From the NCBI RefSeq assembly GCF_018977255.1, contig NW_024704743.1, positions 46,006,001 to 46,070,000 on the forward strand: a stretch of DNA of 64,000 nt, read 5' to 3'. Shown one piece after another: positions 62,312 to 64,000 of the stretch. This stretch comes from Callorhinchus milii. Taxonomy: Eukaryota. Both the position numbers and the translations under genes were made by a program. The notes beneath the pieces were generated by a model. The model worked only from the letters and a program-made list of their open reading frames with translations, made no database searches and was not told the origin of the DNA. How positions within the stretch are numbered: the first letter of the stretch is position 1; every line of letters begins with the position of its first letter.

Positions 62312-63614
62312 GTATGATCAGAGTTAGCATTTAACCCTAATAAGTGCCTCCAATTTAGTCAATTCCCTGTTTAATGGGGTTCAGCAGAAATCAGTCTATC
62401 AGAACACTTGTTGTAGAATCCTTTGGTTAATGTAATCATTCTCAAAAGTACCATTAATTTCATGTAAAATCCTGCAAATTATCAGGTGCACTCCAGGTGA
62501 ACATGCTTTTGTGTGTACCTTTCACAATCACTTAGTTGACTAAAATATACTGCCACTTTTCTCCCTGAGTTTTATTGGCTATCACTTGCACTAAATTATA
62601 ATTTACAGTGTATATTTAAGCCATGAAGATAGGAAATCTACAGAAATTGTTGCAGTAAATTCAGTAAAAATTATTGCCAAATCAGTTGAATTTAGATCCC
62701 TAGATGTCATACTCAAGCTATCCCGTGCTCTGGTTAGGCTGCACCTAGAGTATTGTTAATAGCACTGATTATAGTTCTGGTCACTGCATTATAAGGAGAC
62801 GGTGCGGAAGAGATGATCCCTGGTGTTAGACAAATTAGCTATTTTCTGCCTTTTCTGGACCATGACTCCAAATTTCCTGGTGAATACATTGCGATTGGCA
62901 GCCTGTTTGTTTCTTATAGGGCTCAAGGGACTCGTATCCCGCTTACTTGTATGTTAAACTGTAACTCCACACTGACTGATTTATCAAACTTTCCAAATAG
63001 CAGGGTGTCCTAGCATTTGGGCAAATTGTATTGTTCCTGCACATTTATAAATTGCCCTCTCTGAACAAACAATTTCTCTATTAAAGTACCCAATGTAGAT
63101 AGTTGATAAAAAAAGCTCCATTACTGGAAAAAAAAGGCAAGCTTTATTTTGGCTTTGATAACATGACCTGAGATTGCTTAGTTTTTATAAGCAATGGCAT
63201 CTTTCAACTTGATGAACATCAAGATCTGTCAAGAGATAATATTACTTATATTGGATATTGTGCCTTACCACATTGAAGGCGTCACACAACAGTGTATTTC
63301 TTTGAAGTGTGGGAACTGTTATATAGTATATTAATTTGCAACAGCAATATCCCACAATAAGTAACGTGATAACTGACTACCAGAAGCCATACTTTTTCAA
63401 AATGCAATTCATCTGATTAGCCAAACAGATTGGGAAGTCTCAATTTAATTTTTTATCTGAAGATTAAATTGGACCTGATGTGCTTGATCAAAGAGTCAAA
63501 CAGTTCTTTAGTTGTAGAAATAGTGCCCAGATAAATGAATAAACCCTTTGTACCTTGTGGATCTGTGAATTGCTCTTCCTTTCTAAAGATCTGGAATGTG
63601 TTGTTACCCAACTT

Positions 63615-64000
63615 TGCTCACATCTTCCTTCCACACCCTTCTCAAACTACTCCAGTCTGGTTTCCATCCTGTTCACAGCACCAAGACAGCGCTCATCAAG
63701 GTTATAAATGATGTCCTGTCTCTGCAACCAGCGATGCCTTTTCCTCCTTGTCCTCTAGGACCTGGATTTGACACAGTGGACCATGCCATTCTCCTTGACT
63801 GCTCTCCTCCTTCATCCACCTCAGTGGGATTACTTGCTCCTGGTTCAAATTCTACTTGACCCACTGCCACCATTTCGTCTTCTCTAATGGTTTCTCCTCC
63901 CACCCCCAAGTTTTTCGCTTTGGTGTACCCAAAGCTCTCTCCCTCCTTTTTTTTATTTCCATGCTCCCTCGGTGATATCATCCACAGACATGGGGTCAAC
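63615..64000 (+). mobile_element. L2 RT fragment running off the window
   Basis: LQSGFHPVHSTKTALIKVIND...FDTVDHAILL...GVP. Confidence 0.85.

Overview
Vertebrate genomic DNA, most likely from a cartilaginous fish (holocephalan-like, inferred from the repeat content: an abundant tRNA-headed SINE with an L2-type tail, Deu-domain SINEs, L2 and CR1 LINE fragments). Two spliced protein-coding genes sit head to head. AZI2 (NAP1, a TBK1 adaptor) is on the minus strand, with a non-coding exon 1 and CpG promoter at about 15.3-15.8 kb and coding exons at 6272-6499, 5851-5976, 3526-3625 and 3041-3189; its 3' end is probably off the left edge. ZCWPW2 (zf-CW + PWWP meiotic histone reader) is on the plus strand, with seven phase-consistent coding exons from 31383 to 62311; I did not locate its terminal exon. 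Between them lies about 12 kb of compound C/A-rich satellites (18.8-30.7 kb, with one 25-N gap). Buried in it is a ~70-bp unique CpG islet carrying an E-box, an E2F6-type site and a splice donor, which is my best candidate for the ZCWPW2 promoter and exon 1. The introns also hold a decayed 28S rRNA fragment, an R4/Dong-type retroelement end inserted in a (TAA)n tract, a degenerate Penelope-type hammerhead motif and several nested or inverted SINE/LINE arrangements. The long ORFs in the ORF track over the satellites are low-complexity artefacts. All identifications come from reading the sequence and from recalled family knowledge; no searches were run, and repeat boundaries are approximate.
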